NCBI GenBank assembly: GCA_963695225.1
Contig: OY968762.1
Coordinates: 2,720,001 to 2,784,000 of the forward strand
Source of the DNA: Vulcanimicrobiota bacterium
GTDB taxonomy: Bacteria; Vulcanimicrobiota; Vulcanimicrobiia; Vulcanimicrobiales; Vulcanimicrobiaceae
Reading direction: 5' to 3'
Length of the DNA: 64,000 nt
The translations under genes and the position numbers were made by a program. The notes under the pieces were generated by a model, which was not told where the DNA came from, did no database searches, and was given only the letters and a program-made list of their open reading frames with translations. Positions within the stretch are counted from its first letter, which is position 1. Every line of letters starts with the position of its first letter. Positions 1 to 8,904 of this stretch are shown here, piece by piece.

Positions 1-349
1 CTTGGGCGCGATCGCGCGTGAACTTCATGCCGTTGTAGCGTGCCGGATTGTGAGAGGCCGTGATCATCACGCCTCCGTCGAAACCGTACTTGCCGACCGC
101 GAAGTACAGCGCGTCGGTCGAAACGAGGCCGATGTCGGTGACGTCTGCGCCTGCATCGTTCGCGCCGCGCGCGAAAGCGGCGAAGAGCGCCGTGCCGGAA
201 GGCCGCATGTCGCGCCCGACGGCGATCGAGCGCATACCGAACTCGTCGACGAATGCGTGGCCGATCGCATAGGCGAGCGCGTCGTTCAATTCGTCCGGGT
301 AGAGACCGCGGACGTCGTAGCTTTTGAAGATTGCCGGAAGTGTGGACAT
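1..349 (-). CDS. Phosphomannomutase/phosphoglucomutase, N-terminal part (runs off window start)
   Basis: Manual translation from ATG at 349: MSTLPAIFKSYDVRGLYP...VGRDMRPSG...GVMITASHNPARYNGMK. The TASHNP phosphoserine loop and YDVRG start are alpha-D-phosphohexomutase hallmarks. Not in the ORF track. Confidence 0.93.
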   Translation of the reverse strand, partial: MSTLPAIFKSYDVRGLYPDELNDALAYAIGHAFVDEFGMRSIAVGRDMRPSGTALFAAFARGANDAGADVTDIGLVSTDALYFAVGKYGFDGGVMITASHNPARYNGMKFTRDRAQ

Positions 350-408
350 GACCGCGCGGGGGTTCGAGCTAGCGGTACCGGACCCTCGTTCTCGAGCCAG
401 GCGGAACC

Positions 409-1437
409 TCAGGCTCCGAGCGGAGCCGTTGGGGCAGCGGGCGCCGGCCACTCTCGCGACAAGAAGGACTCGATGGCCTCCGCGGTCGCTTCGGCCTCTT
501 CTTCGTGCGGAAGGAGCCCCGAGTTCGGGAACGTACGCAACGACGCTTCGCGAGCAAGTCGTAGGTATTCGTGCGCGTTCGCGACCGGGTTCGTGCGCGA
601 GGAGCGCTCGCCCCACAGCACGAGGAGCGGCGCGGCGAGGAACGGCAGATCCCGCGCGACGTTGCAGTTCAGGAGGTTGCCGACGAAGGCGCCCGCGGCG
701 AAGCGTGCGCCGGGCTGGTGGGTCACGGCGTAGTAGTGCTCGATGACCTCGGGCGTGGCGGAGGCCGGATCCGCGTACGTCAAATTCGCGAGGAACCAGC
801 GCAGCGACGGGGGAGAGGCGAGGCCGTTGAAGAGCGACTCCCCGAGGACGGGGGTGCGGACGAGTGCGGCGATCGCCTCTTGGGCTGCGGTCGGCGAGTC
901 GTCGAGGACGCCGGCGAGCCCGGCCGGGGCGATCGTCACGAGCCGCGTGACGCGGTCGGACGCCCGTGCCGCCGCGCGGATGCAGAACGCCGCTCCGAGG
1001 GAGCTGCCGACGAGCGTGAGCGGCTCCTCCGAGAATTCGGCGAGCGCGTCGACGATCTGTTCGACGAACAGGTCCGCGGTATAGGGGAGATCGGGCATGT
1101 CGGAGAGCCCGCACCCCAGCAGATCGATCGCGATCACGCGGTGCTTGCGCGCGAGCAGCGGCGCCAGCTTGCGGTACTCGTATGACGAAGCGCCGGCGTA
1201 TATGCCGTGAACGAGAAGGACCGGCGGACCGCTCCCCAACTCCGTCGCGAAAATCTCGTACCCGCGCCAGGTCCAGCGCCGGCGGGTTCCCCCCACGTGG
1301 TTGCGCGGGAGCGCGCTGCTTTCCCGGATTCCCCGGTTCACGACGGCGGCCGCGCCGGCGAGGCCCGCGAGTGCGCCGGCAGGCCGGGCTATGCGGCGCA
1401 ATGCGTTAAGAATTTTCGACACAACCACACTCTTCAC
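409..1437 (-). CDS. Alpha/beta-fold hydrolase
   Basis: LLVHG oxyanion motif, DLLGCGLSD, GSSLG nucleophile elbow, C-terminal LPHEE His; GGAG upstream of the start. Confidence 0.85.
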   Translation of the reverse strand: MKSVVVSKILNALRRIARPAGALAGLAGAAAVVNRGIRESSALPRNHVGGTRRRWTWRGYEIFATELGSGPPVLLVHGIYAGASSYEYRKLAPLLARKHRVIAIDLLGCGLSDMPDLPYTADLFVEQIVDALAEFSEEPLTLVGSSLGAAFCIRAAARASDRVTRLVTIAPAGLAGVLDDSPTAAQEAIAALVRTPVLGESLFNGLASPPSLRWFLANLTYADPASATPEVIEHYYAVTHQPGARFAAGAFVGNLLNCNVARDLPFLAAPLLVLWGERSSRTNPVANAHEYLRLAREASLRTFPNSGLLPHEEEAEATAEAIESFLSREWPAPAAPTAPLGA

Positions 1438-1685
1438 GCTCCGCGTGCTATGTTCCGTCAGCGGCGCGCCGCGAGCGATCTAGGCCGTATGGCCCCCCGC
1501 GACGCGTCGAAGCGACTACCTTTGTCCACAGGGCAAGGAGTCGAGCAAGGCAAACTTCGGAGAAAGCACCCCCGCGGTGGAACACGGACGTTTACCGCGC
1601 AATACCGCCGATAATAGAATCGGTGGATTTTGCATCTGGACGGCGCCCGCGCCGGTCCAACGCGGGTAACAATTAGGAAGTCGAG

Positions 1686-3857
1686 ATGTTCGAACAACGA
1701 CCGCCCGCCGCGGAGGCGCAGGGTGCCCAGGAGGGGGCGACGGCAGAGGCACTGCTCGTCGTCAACCCGTCCACGCGGGGGTTGTTGTACGTGACCGCGG
1801 CCGCTGCGCGGCTCTTCGAAGCCCGCGAAGACGAGTTGCTCACGCGCGACGCCGACGACATCTTGATCGAATTCGCGGACATGACGCCGCGCCGGTTCAC
1901 GACGCGCGCCGGGCTGCGCAGCGGCAACTCGATGGACGTCGACGTCACGATCGAACCGTTGCGCGCAGGCCCCTTCGTGCGCGTCGGCGCGATGCTCGTT
2001 ACGATTCGTCCGAAGGCGGAGGCGCCGCCCGTCGAGCCCCCTGCGCCGCCCGCGGAGCCGGCTCGATCCGTGCGGATGGAACGCCTGGAATCGCTGTGGG
2101 GGCTGGTCGTCCGCAACGGGTTCGACGATGCCGAGCACGGGGCGGCGATCCTGCGCGAGGGCGCCCGGGGCCTCGGCTTCGAATCAGGCGTCCTGGCCCG
2201 GATCGAAGACGCCGAGAGTGTCACGGAGTTCGCTTCGAACGACGTGCGCAACCCGATCGGCCTGCGCGAACCGCTCGATACCGTCCTCGGCGCGAACGCG
2301 TTGCGGCACGACCGCGCGATCGCCATCCCGGACGCGAAAGAGCACGCGGAGTCGGCGCGCAACCCGTCGGTCGCGGCGGAAGGCGTGCGCTCGTACGTCG
2401 CCGTTCCGTTCCGTGTCGGCGAGGTGCAGTGGCTGCTGACGTTCTCCTCGACCGAGCCTCGCTCGGTCCCGTTCGGCCCCGACGACCAGCACTACGTAGA
2501 GTTCTTGGTCGACGCGTTCGCCCGGATCGTGCGCCGCCGCGACAGCGATGCCCAGATCAAGGCGCTCGCCTTCTCCGACGCGCTGACGAGCCTCCCGAAC
2601 CGGGCTGCGCTCTTCGAGCGCCTCGATGAAGCGATCGCGGCCTCCGAACGGCACCGCCGGCGTTGCGCCGTCATGTTCCTCGACGTCGACGGCTTCAAGG
2701 CCGTCAACGATACGGTCGGCCATCACGCGGGCGATAAGGTCCTCACCGAGATGGCGCAGCGCCTGCGCGGGACGCTCCGGCGCGAAGAGTACATCGGCCG
2801 CCTGGGCGGCGACGAGTTCGCGATCATCCTGCCGCAGGTTACCGCCCGCGAGGAGATCGAGCAGGTCGCCCAGCGCATCGGGCAGGTCCTGGCGTTCCCG
2901 TTCGTCGTCGAGCACTATCGTTTCGCGCTCTCCGCGAGCATCGGCGTCGCGATCTACCCGAACGACTCCTCGACGCGCGACGAGCTCTTGGCGTGCGCCG
3001 ATGCGGCGATGTATTCCGCCAAGGAAGCGGGCCGCGCGCGCGTTCATTTCCACGACGAGCTGAGCGCGGACGAACTCGCGACGCCGGCCCTCGGGCGGCA
3101 TGGCGAGCTTTCGTTCGATCCGTTCGATATCGGCTATCTGCTGTGCTACCAGCCCGTCCTCGATTTCGCCTCGAACACCGTCTTGAGCGCCGAGGCGTTG
3201 ATCCGGCGCGTCCATCCGTATCACGGCCTGCTCGCTCCGGAGCGGATTCTCACGAGCGTCCGCGACAAGGCGGCCCGCCGCGCCCTCGACCGCTGGGTCG
3301 TGCGCGAAGCCGCAACGCAGACGCGCGCCTGGCACCTCGCCGGCAAGACGTTGCGCGTCGAGGTGAACCTCGCGAGCTTCGACCCCGGCGAGTTCGAAGA
3401 GTTGCTCGCCGACGACACCCACACGATCGACTTCTCGCACGTCTGTCTCGAGATCCCCGCGCCCCTGCTGCGCGGCGACGAGACGGCCCTTTCCCGCTTC
3501 CTCGAGCTGTGCCGCTCGCGGCGGATTACGATCAGCCTGGACAATTTCGACGGGGGCCTCGGCCTGATGCAGGCGCTGGCTCCGTATCCGATCGATTCCG
3601 TAAAGCTGGATCGGCCGCTCGTCGAGAGCCTGACCCAGAGCCGGACTGCCCAGGCGGTCGTCGAAGGGACGGTCCTTGTGGCACGATCTTTGGGTTGGCG
3701 CGTCATCGCCAAAGGGGTCGAAACGGCGGCGCAACGTGAGATGCTCGCCGCGCTCGGCTGCGACGGGGTCCAGGGGTTCATCGTCGCGCATCCGATGACG
3801 GCGCTTGATTTCGGGAATTGGCTGAATCTGCATCGCACCGGCACGCCGCCCGCGTAA
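1686..3857 (+). CDS. GAF-GGDEF-EAL diguanylate cyclase with degenerate EAL domain
   Basis: DALTSLPNR, DVDGFKAVND, intact GGDEF; the EAL domain has DNFDGG and KGVE in place of DDFGTG and EGVE; GAF-like VRSYVAVP; AGGAAG RBS. Confidence 0.9.
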   Translation: MFEQRPPAAEAQGAQEGATAEALLVVNPSTRGLLYVTAAAARLFEAREDELLTRDADDILIEFADMTPRRFTTRAGLRSGNSMDVDVTIEPLRAGPFVRVGAMLVTIRPKAEAPPVEPPAPPAEPARSVRMERLESLWGLVVRNGFDDAEHGAAILREGARGLGFESGVLARIEDAESVTEFASNDVRNPIGLREPLDTVLGANALRHDRAIAIPDAKEHAESARNPSVAAEGVRSYVAVPFRVGEVQWLLTFSSTEPRSVPFGPDDQHYVEFLVDAFARIVRRRDSDAQIKALAFSDALTSLPNRAALFERLDEAIAASERHRRRCAVMFLDVDGFKAVNDTVGHHAGDKVLTEMAQRLRGTLRREEYIGRLGGDEFAIILPQVTAREEIEQVAQRIGQVLAFPFVVEHYRFALSASIGVAIYPNDSSTRDELLACADAAMYSAKEAGRARVHFHDELSADELATPALGRHGELSFDPFDIGYLLCYQPVLDFASNTVLSAEALIRRVHPYHGLLAPERILTSVRDKAARRALDRWVVREAATQTRAWHLAGKTLRVEVNLASFDPGEFEELLADDTHTIDFSHVCLEIPAPLLRGDETALSRFLELCRSRRITISLDNFDGGLGLMQALAPYPIDSVKLDRPLVESLTQSRTAQAVVEGTVLVARSLGWRVIAKGVETAAQREMLAALGCDGVQGFIVAHPMTALDFGNWLNLHRTGTPPA

Positions 3858-4240
3858 TCCGGCTCGCCTCGCTCGTCGCGTTCGCGTCGAGCGCCGGAAC
3901 CGGTGCGCTAGCCGCCCACACCCCGGCATGCACGGCGCTGCCGCGCGATCGCGTGATCCTCTCCGCGGATGCGGTGGATCCCGACGTCTTCGTCTGGGAC
4001 GACCGGATGCGTCTGGTCGCCTACGCGCTCGGGGACTGGGGCGATACGCGTGCGGTGATGGATCACACGGTCCTCGCCCATCCCGGCACGCAGGCGACCG
4101 TGCTGTCTTGCGCCGCCGGCGTCATCCGGCCGAAATACGGGGAAGTGAGCGAGGATGCCGTCCGCGTGAAGATGACGAGCGGCCCCTTCCGCGGGCGTAC
4201 CGGCTGGGTCGCTTCGGGCGACGTCCACCCCTCGCGCTGA
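3818..4240 (+). CDS. Hypothetical exported protein (start uncertain)
   Basis: Hydrophobic signal-like N-terminus; SH3-like C-terminal VRVKMTSGPFRGRTGWV; typical codon usage. Confidence 0.6.
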   Translation: MAESASHRHAARVIRLASLVAFASSAGTGALAAHTPACTALPRDRVILSADAVDPDVFVWDDRMRLVAYALGDWGDTRAVMDHTVLAHPGTQATVLSCAAGVIRPKYGEVSEDAVRVKMTSGPFRGRTGWVASGDVHPSR

Positions 4241-4468
4241 GCCGGCGCAAGCAGGTTCCGCCGCAAACGGTATTGCGCGGTTGTAGTCTCCGCGGCATTA
4301 TCGGCGCGCGCTTCCCCGCTTGTTTGGACAAGCGGTTAAGCAGCGCGCCGGGGGACTCGACACACCGTTAACGCCGGTGCCCGCGGATGCACGGTGTGCG
4401 AACCGCCACTACCGCAGCTTGTCCATTTGTCGATACTGCGAACCACTCTCAACCATTAGCTTTTTGAC

Positions 4469-5719
4469 ATGGACAAAATCAATGCCGGCGATACCGCCTG
4501 GGTTCTAGCGTCCGCGGCACTCGTCATGTTGATGACCCCGGGATTGGGGTTCTTCTACGGCGGGCTCGTACGTAAAAAGAACGTGCTCTCAACCGTCATG
4601 CACAGCTTTTTCATTCTGTGCTTGATCAGCGTGCAGTGGGTCCTTTGGGGATACTCACTAGCCTTCGGCCCCGACTTCAAGGGCTGGGGCTTCATCGGCG
4701 ACCTCTCGTGGGTCGGACTGAACAACGTCACCTTGCTGCCTAATAAAGATTACGCAGCGACGATTCCCCACCAAGCATTCATGGTCTTCCAAATGATGTT
4801 CGCCGTCATCACGCCGGCGCTCATCACGGGCGCGTTCGCCGAGCGCAAGCGCTTCAAGGCGTTTGTGATTTTCAGCCTCTTGTGGGCGACGTTCGTCTAC
4901 GATCCGATCGCACACTGGGTGTGGGGCGCCGGCGCGAGCCAAGGTTGGCTGAACAAGCTGGGCGCGCTCGACTTCGCAGGCGGTACGGTCGTCCATATCT
5001 CCTCCGGCGTCTCGGCGCTCGTCGCAGCGTACGTGCTCGGCAAGCGCATCAACCATAAGGAAGGCGAATCCCCGGGCGAGCCTCACGATCTCACGATGGT
5101 CATCCTCGGCACGGCGCTGCTGTGGTTCGGATGGTTCGGCTTCAATGCCGGTAGCGCGCTGGCAGCGAACGGTCTCGCAACGTCGGCCTTCGTCAACACG
5201 AATACCGCTGCGGCGATGGCCGCACTCACGTGGCTGACGATCGGCTGGATGCACAAGGGAACGCCGAGCGTCGCCGGTGCTTGCGCCGGCGCCGTCGCAG
5301 GGCTCGTCGCGATCACGCCGGCCGCCGGTTACGTGACGCCGGCAGCCTCGATCATCATCGGTCTGATCGTCTCGGTCGTCTGCTACGGAGCCGTGCTCCT
5401 GCGCGACAAGATGAACGTCGACGACGCGCTCGACGTGTGGGCCGTTCACGGCGTCGGCGGTACGGTCGGCGCGCTGCTCACGGGTCTGTTCGCGACGACC
5501 GCGATCAACTCGGGCGCTGCGAACGGTTTGCTCTACGGAAATCCGCATCAGCTCGTCGTGCAGTGCATCGCCGTCGGTGCCTCGTGGATCTACTCCGCGG
5601 TGATGACGTTCATCATCCTCAAAGTCGTCTCGCTCTTCGTCCCGCTGCGTGTCGAGGAAAAAGAGGAAGCGATGGGTCTCGATCTCTCTCAACACGCCGA
5701 ACCCGCTTACAGCTCATAG
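4469..5719 (+). CDS. amtB: Ammonium transporter
   Basis: DTAWVL..LMTPGL.FFYGG, FQMMFAVITPALI.GA, DFAGGTVVH, LLWFGWFGFNAGS, DDALDVWAVHG. Confidence 0.97.
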   Translation: MDKINAGDTAWVLASAALVMLMTPGLGFFYGGLVRKKNVLSTVMHSFFILCLISVQWVLWGYSLAFGPDFKGWGFIGDLSWVGLNNVTLLPNKDYAATIPHQAFMVFQMMFAVITPALITGAFAERKRFKAFVIFSLLWATFVYDPIAHWVWGAGASQGWLNKLGALDFAGGTVVHISSGVSALVAAYVLGKRINHKEGESPGEPHDLTMVILGTALLWFGWFGFNAGSALAANGLATSAFVNTNTAAAMAALTWLTIGWMHKGTPSVAGACAGAVAGLVAITPAAGYVTPAASIIIGLIVSVVCYGAVLLRDKMNVDDALDVWAVHGVGGTVGALLTGLFATTAINSGAANGLLYGNPHQLVVQCIAVGASWIYSAVMTFIILKVVSLFVPLRVEEKEEAMGLDLSQHAEPAYSS

Positions 5720-5733
5720 GAGGTTGATCTCAC

Positions 5734-5865
5734 ATGGAAATCCTCGTCGCTTTGGTTTCGTTCTTTGCGCTCTTCGGAGCCTGGATGGTTCTCCCGTCGT
5801 CGCCTCGCACGGTCGAAGCCAAACAGGCGAAGACGCTGGACGTTCTCGCGCGGAACGCAGCGTAG
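5734..5865 (+). CDS. Small single-pass membrane protein, 43 aa (MEILVALVSFFALFGAWMVLPSSPRTVEAKQAKTLDVLARNAA)
   Basis: Perfect AGGAGG at 5718-5723 overlaps the amtB stop; ATG 5734; ~20-aa hydrophobic helix; below the ORF-track cutoff. Confidence 0.7.
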   Translation: MEILVALVSFFALFGAWMVLPSSPRTVEAKQAKTLDVLARNAA

Positions 5866-5909
5866 CGGGACGCGCCGTGCCGGCGCGCTAGCGCGGCACG
5901 GGACAATTC

Positions 5910-5973
5910 GAAACGGGGAAGACCGGGTGTGCAGCACCCTTAGGATGCTGCGCTCTCCGGTCTTCCCCGTTTC
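5910..5973. terminator. Long hairpin, probable bidirectional terminator between the amtB unit and the convergent ABC ATPase
   Basis: GAAACGGGGAAGACCGG...CCGGTCTTCCCCGTTTC perfect 17-bp arms plus an inner GCAGCA/TGCTGC stem. Confidence 0.75.
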
Positions 5974-5985
5974 TTCGAAAGGCAG

Positions 5986-6789
5986 CTAGCGATCCGAGTG
6001 TTGCGCCGCGCGCGACGCGACCGCACGCGGGACGATCCGCCGTATGCCGTCGAGCTCGACGAAATCGACCTCGATGCCGAAGGCGCGCCGGATCGTCGTC
6101 CGTTCCAGCGCTCGCTCGGGCGGGCCGAACGCGAGCAGCGTGCCTTCGCCGAGCACGGCGACGCGGTCGGCGATCGACGCCGCTTCGTTCAGATCGTGCA
6201 ACACGACGACGAACGTCGTGCCGCCGTCCGCGAGCCGGCGCAGCAGCGCCAGCATTTCGAGCGCGACGCGAAGATCGAGGTGGCTCGTCGGTTCGTCGAG
6301 GAGGACGAGCCCCGCGCCCTGCGCGAGCGCGAGCGCGAGCCAGACGCGCTGCCGTTCGCCCGAACTCAAACTCTCGACGGTGCGCGCCGCGAAGCCGTCG
6401 AGGCCGACGCGCGCGAGCGCCTGTTCCACCGCGATCTCGTCGAGTTCGCCCCACGTCCAATCCCACCACGGGCGATGCGCGAAGCGGCCCGTCAGCGCAG
6501 CCTCGCGAACCGTCAGGCCCGAGGGCGTCTCGAGATCCCCTCCGAGGACCGCGATGCGCCGCGCCCGTTCGAGCGGGCGGAGCGCGGAGGGCGCGAGACC
6601 GTCGACGGAGATCGTTCCGGCGGCCGGCACGATGCGCCCGGCGAGCGCGCGCAGCAGCGTCGTCTTCCCGACGCCGTTCGGCCCGACGAGCGCGACGAGT
6701 TCGCCGGGCCCCGCGGAGAAGCCGATGCGCTCGAGCAGCGTGCGCCCGCCCAGCTCGATCCGCACGTCCGCGAGCGTCAGGTGCCCCAT
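5986..6789 (-). CDS. Cobalamin/Fe-siderophore ABC transporter ATP-binding subunit (BtuD/FecE-like)
   Basis: Walker A GPNGVGKT, LSSGERQR, LLDEPTSHLD, VLHDLN; true start is ATG 6789 (MGHLTL), overlapping the permease stop. Confidence 0.9.
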   Translation of the reverse strand: MGHLTLADVRIELGGRTLLERIGFSAGPGELVALVGPNGVGKTTLLRALAGRIVPAAGTISVDGLAPSALRPLERARRIAVLGGDLETPSGLTVREAALTGRFAHRPWWDWTWGELDEIAVEQALARVGLDGFAARTVESLSSGERQRVWLALALAQGAGLVLLDEPTSHLDLRVALEMLALLRRLADGGTTFVVVLHDLNEAASIADRVAVLGEGTLLAFGPPERALERTTIRRAFGIEVDFVELDGIRRIVPRAVASRAAQHSDR

Positions 6790-7769
6790 AGCCGGGCCTC
6801 GCTGGGGCGGCGCAAGTAGAGATAGAGGAACGTCGGGACGCCGACGAAGGCGAGGACGACGCCGAGCGGGATATCGAGCGGAGGAGCGAGCGTTCTGCCG
6901 AGCGTGTCGGCGAGCGGGACGAGGCCGGCGCCGAGCAGGACGCTCGCCGGGAGCGCCGCGCGCGCATCGGTGCCGACGAGTTTGCGCGCGAGATGCGGGA
7001 CGATGAGGCCGACGAAGCCGACGATTCCGGCAAGGGCCACGGCGCCGGCCGTGAGCAGCGTCGCGGCGGCAAGCAGGATCCATTGCGTCCGGGCCACGTC
7101 GACGCCGACGGAGGCGGCGATTTGCGCGCCGAGCCGTAGCGCGTTCAACGCCGGGACGCACGCGGCGGCGAGGAGGGCGCCGGCGATCAGATACGGCGCG
7201 GTCCAGGTGAGTTCGGTCCAGCCGCGCCCCGCGAGAGAGCCCGAAAGCCAAGCCAGGACCGCGTCCGAGCCGCCCCGCGCGATCGTTCCGAGCGCGAGCG
7301 CGATCATCGCCGAGAAGAGCGCGGAGAGCGAGACGCCTGCCAGGATCAGCCGTTCTGCATCGACGCCGCTTCCGCGCCGGGCGAGCACCGCGACGAGCAG
7401 CGCAGTCGCGATCCCGGCTGCGAAGCCGAGCGGCGGAAGCCAAGGCCCCGCAAGGCCGAACGCGATCCCGAACGCGATGGCGGCGCCCGCCCCGGCGCTG
7501 ACGCCCGTCAGGAACGGATCGACGAGCGGGTTGCGCAACATCCCCTGCAACAGGAACCCGGCCGCCGCCAGCGCTCCGCCGACGGAGGCGGCGATGCAGG
7601 CGCGCGGGAGGCGCAGTTCCCAGACGATCAGCGCGTCGTCATTGCTCGCGTGCGGATGGAAGAGCGCGGCGAGCACCGCGTGCGGGTCGAGCGCCGTTCC
7701 GCCGGCGAACGTCGCGAGAACGAGCGCCGCGAGCGGAACGAACGCCAGGGGAGCCAATCGCGCGTTCAT
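6777..7769 (-). CDS. FecCD/BtuC-family ABC permease
   Basis: RLPR, LQGMLRNPLVDP..GVSAGA, GIVGFVGLIVPH, ADTLGR, IPLG. Confidence 0.92.
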   Translation of the reverse strand: MNARLAPLAFVPLAALVLATFAGGTALDPHAVLAALFHPHASNDDALIVWELRLPRACIAASVGGALAAAGFLLQGMLRNPLVDPFLTGVSAGAGAAIAFGIAFGLAGPWLPPLGFAAGIATALLVAVLARRGSGVDAERLILAGVSLSALFSAMIALALGTIARGGSDAVLAWLSGSLAGRGWTELTWTAPYLIAGALLAAACVPALNALRLGAQIAASVGVDVARTQWILLAAATLLTAGAVALAGIVGFVGLIVPHLARKLVGTDARAALPASVLLGAGLVPLADTLGRTLAPPLDIPLGVVLAFVGVPTFLYLYLRRPSEARLWGT

Positions 7770-7847
7770 CGCGCCGAGCGTTCCACCGCAAGGATTGAAA
7801 GCATCGAGTCCCGACCTTTTCGCGAGGCGGAGTGACGTCGGAGTGCT

Positions 7848-8000
7848 CGCGGCGGTATCCTGACTCGCGAATCATCGCCGTTTGCCGGCGCCTTCCCACC
7901 CCCGCGGGGCAGTGGCGACCGGCGGCTCCTCGCTCACAGTGGCGCGACCGTCCCGGGTTCTCACCGGGTTCCCGCGCGAGACTCTAGGCTCGCGCTGTTC
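7848..8000 (-). ncRNA. Cobalamin riboswitch
   Basis: Minus strand reads GGGAACCCGGTGAGAACCCGGGACGGTCGCGCCACTGTGA...GCCACTG...GGGAAGGC...GAGTCAGGATACC, the conserved B12-box elements, directly upstream of the BtuC-like permease. Confidence 0.9.
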
Positions 8001-8043
8001 AGCGGGGAGGCCCGCGTTCCTGGCACGCGTAACGCTTCGGGCA

Positions 8044-8904
8044 GTGCCGTCCCTCCGCCATTCGAACCCGGTTCTCGTCGCGGCGCTTTGCCTCGCGCTC
8101 CTCCCCGCGGCGAGCCGGGCGACTCCGAGCGCCCCGCCGCTCCCGCGCATCGTTTCGCTCATGCCGTCTCTGACCGAGACGTTGTTCGCGATCGGCGCGG
8201 GCCCGCAAGTGGTCGGCGTCTCGCAGTACACCGACTACCCACCGCAGGCCGCGACCTTACCGGTCGTCTCGTCGTTTGCCTCGATCGATGCGGAACGCGT
8301 GCTGCGCCTGGCGCCCGGGGTCGTCGTGGGGATCGAAGCGCAAGCGGCGCGGCTCGCCGACGTGCGGCGCCTGGGGATCGTCCCGACGCTCGTCCCGGAC
8401 GACTCCTTCGACGACATCTTCGTCGATATCGACGTGCTCGGCCGGGTCAGCGGACATGCTGCCGAGGCGCGCGCGCTCGCGGGGCGCTTGCGGGCGCGGA
8501 CGGCGGCGCTCGTCGCGCGCGTCCCGAAGAACGATCGGCCGACGTGCTTCGTCGTGATCGGGACCGCGCCGATCTTCACGGTCGGCGACCGCTCGTACAT
8601 CGCGCACTTGATCTCGCTTGCCGGGGGGCGGAACGCGGCCCGCGATCTCAGGAGCGCCTACGGGCGTTACAGCGAGGAAGCGCTCCTGCGCGCGCAGCCG
8701 GATGCGATCGTCGCCGACCGCGCGAGCGGCGTCGCGAGTTTCCTGGGCCGCCCGCCCTGGAACGCGCTGCGCGCAGTCCGAAACCATCGCGTCTACATCC
8801 TCGACGACGCGGCGCTCCTGGAGCGTCCGGGCCCGCGCTACAACGACGGGCTCGCGTGGTTGATCGAGAAGCTGCATCCCAAGGCCGCCGATGCCGCGCG
8901 GTAG
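8044..8904 (+). CDS. Cobalamin-binding periplasmic protein (BtuF-like, helical-backbone metal receptor)
   Basis: RIVSLMPSLTETLFAIGAG.QVVGVSQYTDYP, W..L.AVRN.RVY, ERPGPR. GTG 8044 chosen because it precedes a signal peptide and avoids the riboswitch. Confidence 0.85.
   Translation: MPSLRHSNPVLVAALCLALLPAASRATPSAPPLPRIVSLMPSLTETLFAIGAGPQVVGVSQYTDYPPQAATLPVVSSFASIDAERVLRLAPGVVVGIEAQAARLADVRRLGIVPTLVPDDSFDDIFVDIDVLGRVSGHAAEARALAGRLRARTAALVARVPKNDRPTCFVVIGTAPIFTVGDRSYIAHLISLAGGRNAARDLRSAYGRYSEEALLRAQPDAIVADRASGVASFLGRPPWNALRAVRNHRVYILDDAALLERPGPRYNDGLAWLIEKLHPKAADAAR

Noticed and set aside
1520..1600. AAGGCAAAC...GAAA upstream of the diguanylate cyclase as a c-di-GMP-I riboswitch
   Set aside because: Bases flanking GAAA do not pair, and the GACGCAAAG and second stem are absent.
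7882..8043. N-terminal extension of the BtuF-like ORF
   Set aside because: Overlaps the cobalamin riboswitch on the other strand; the signal peptide begins after 8044.
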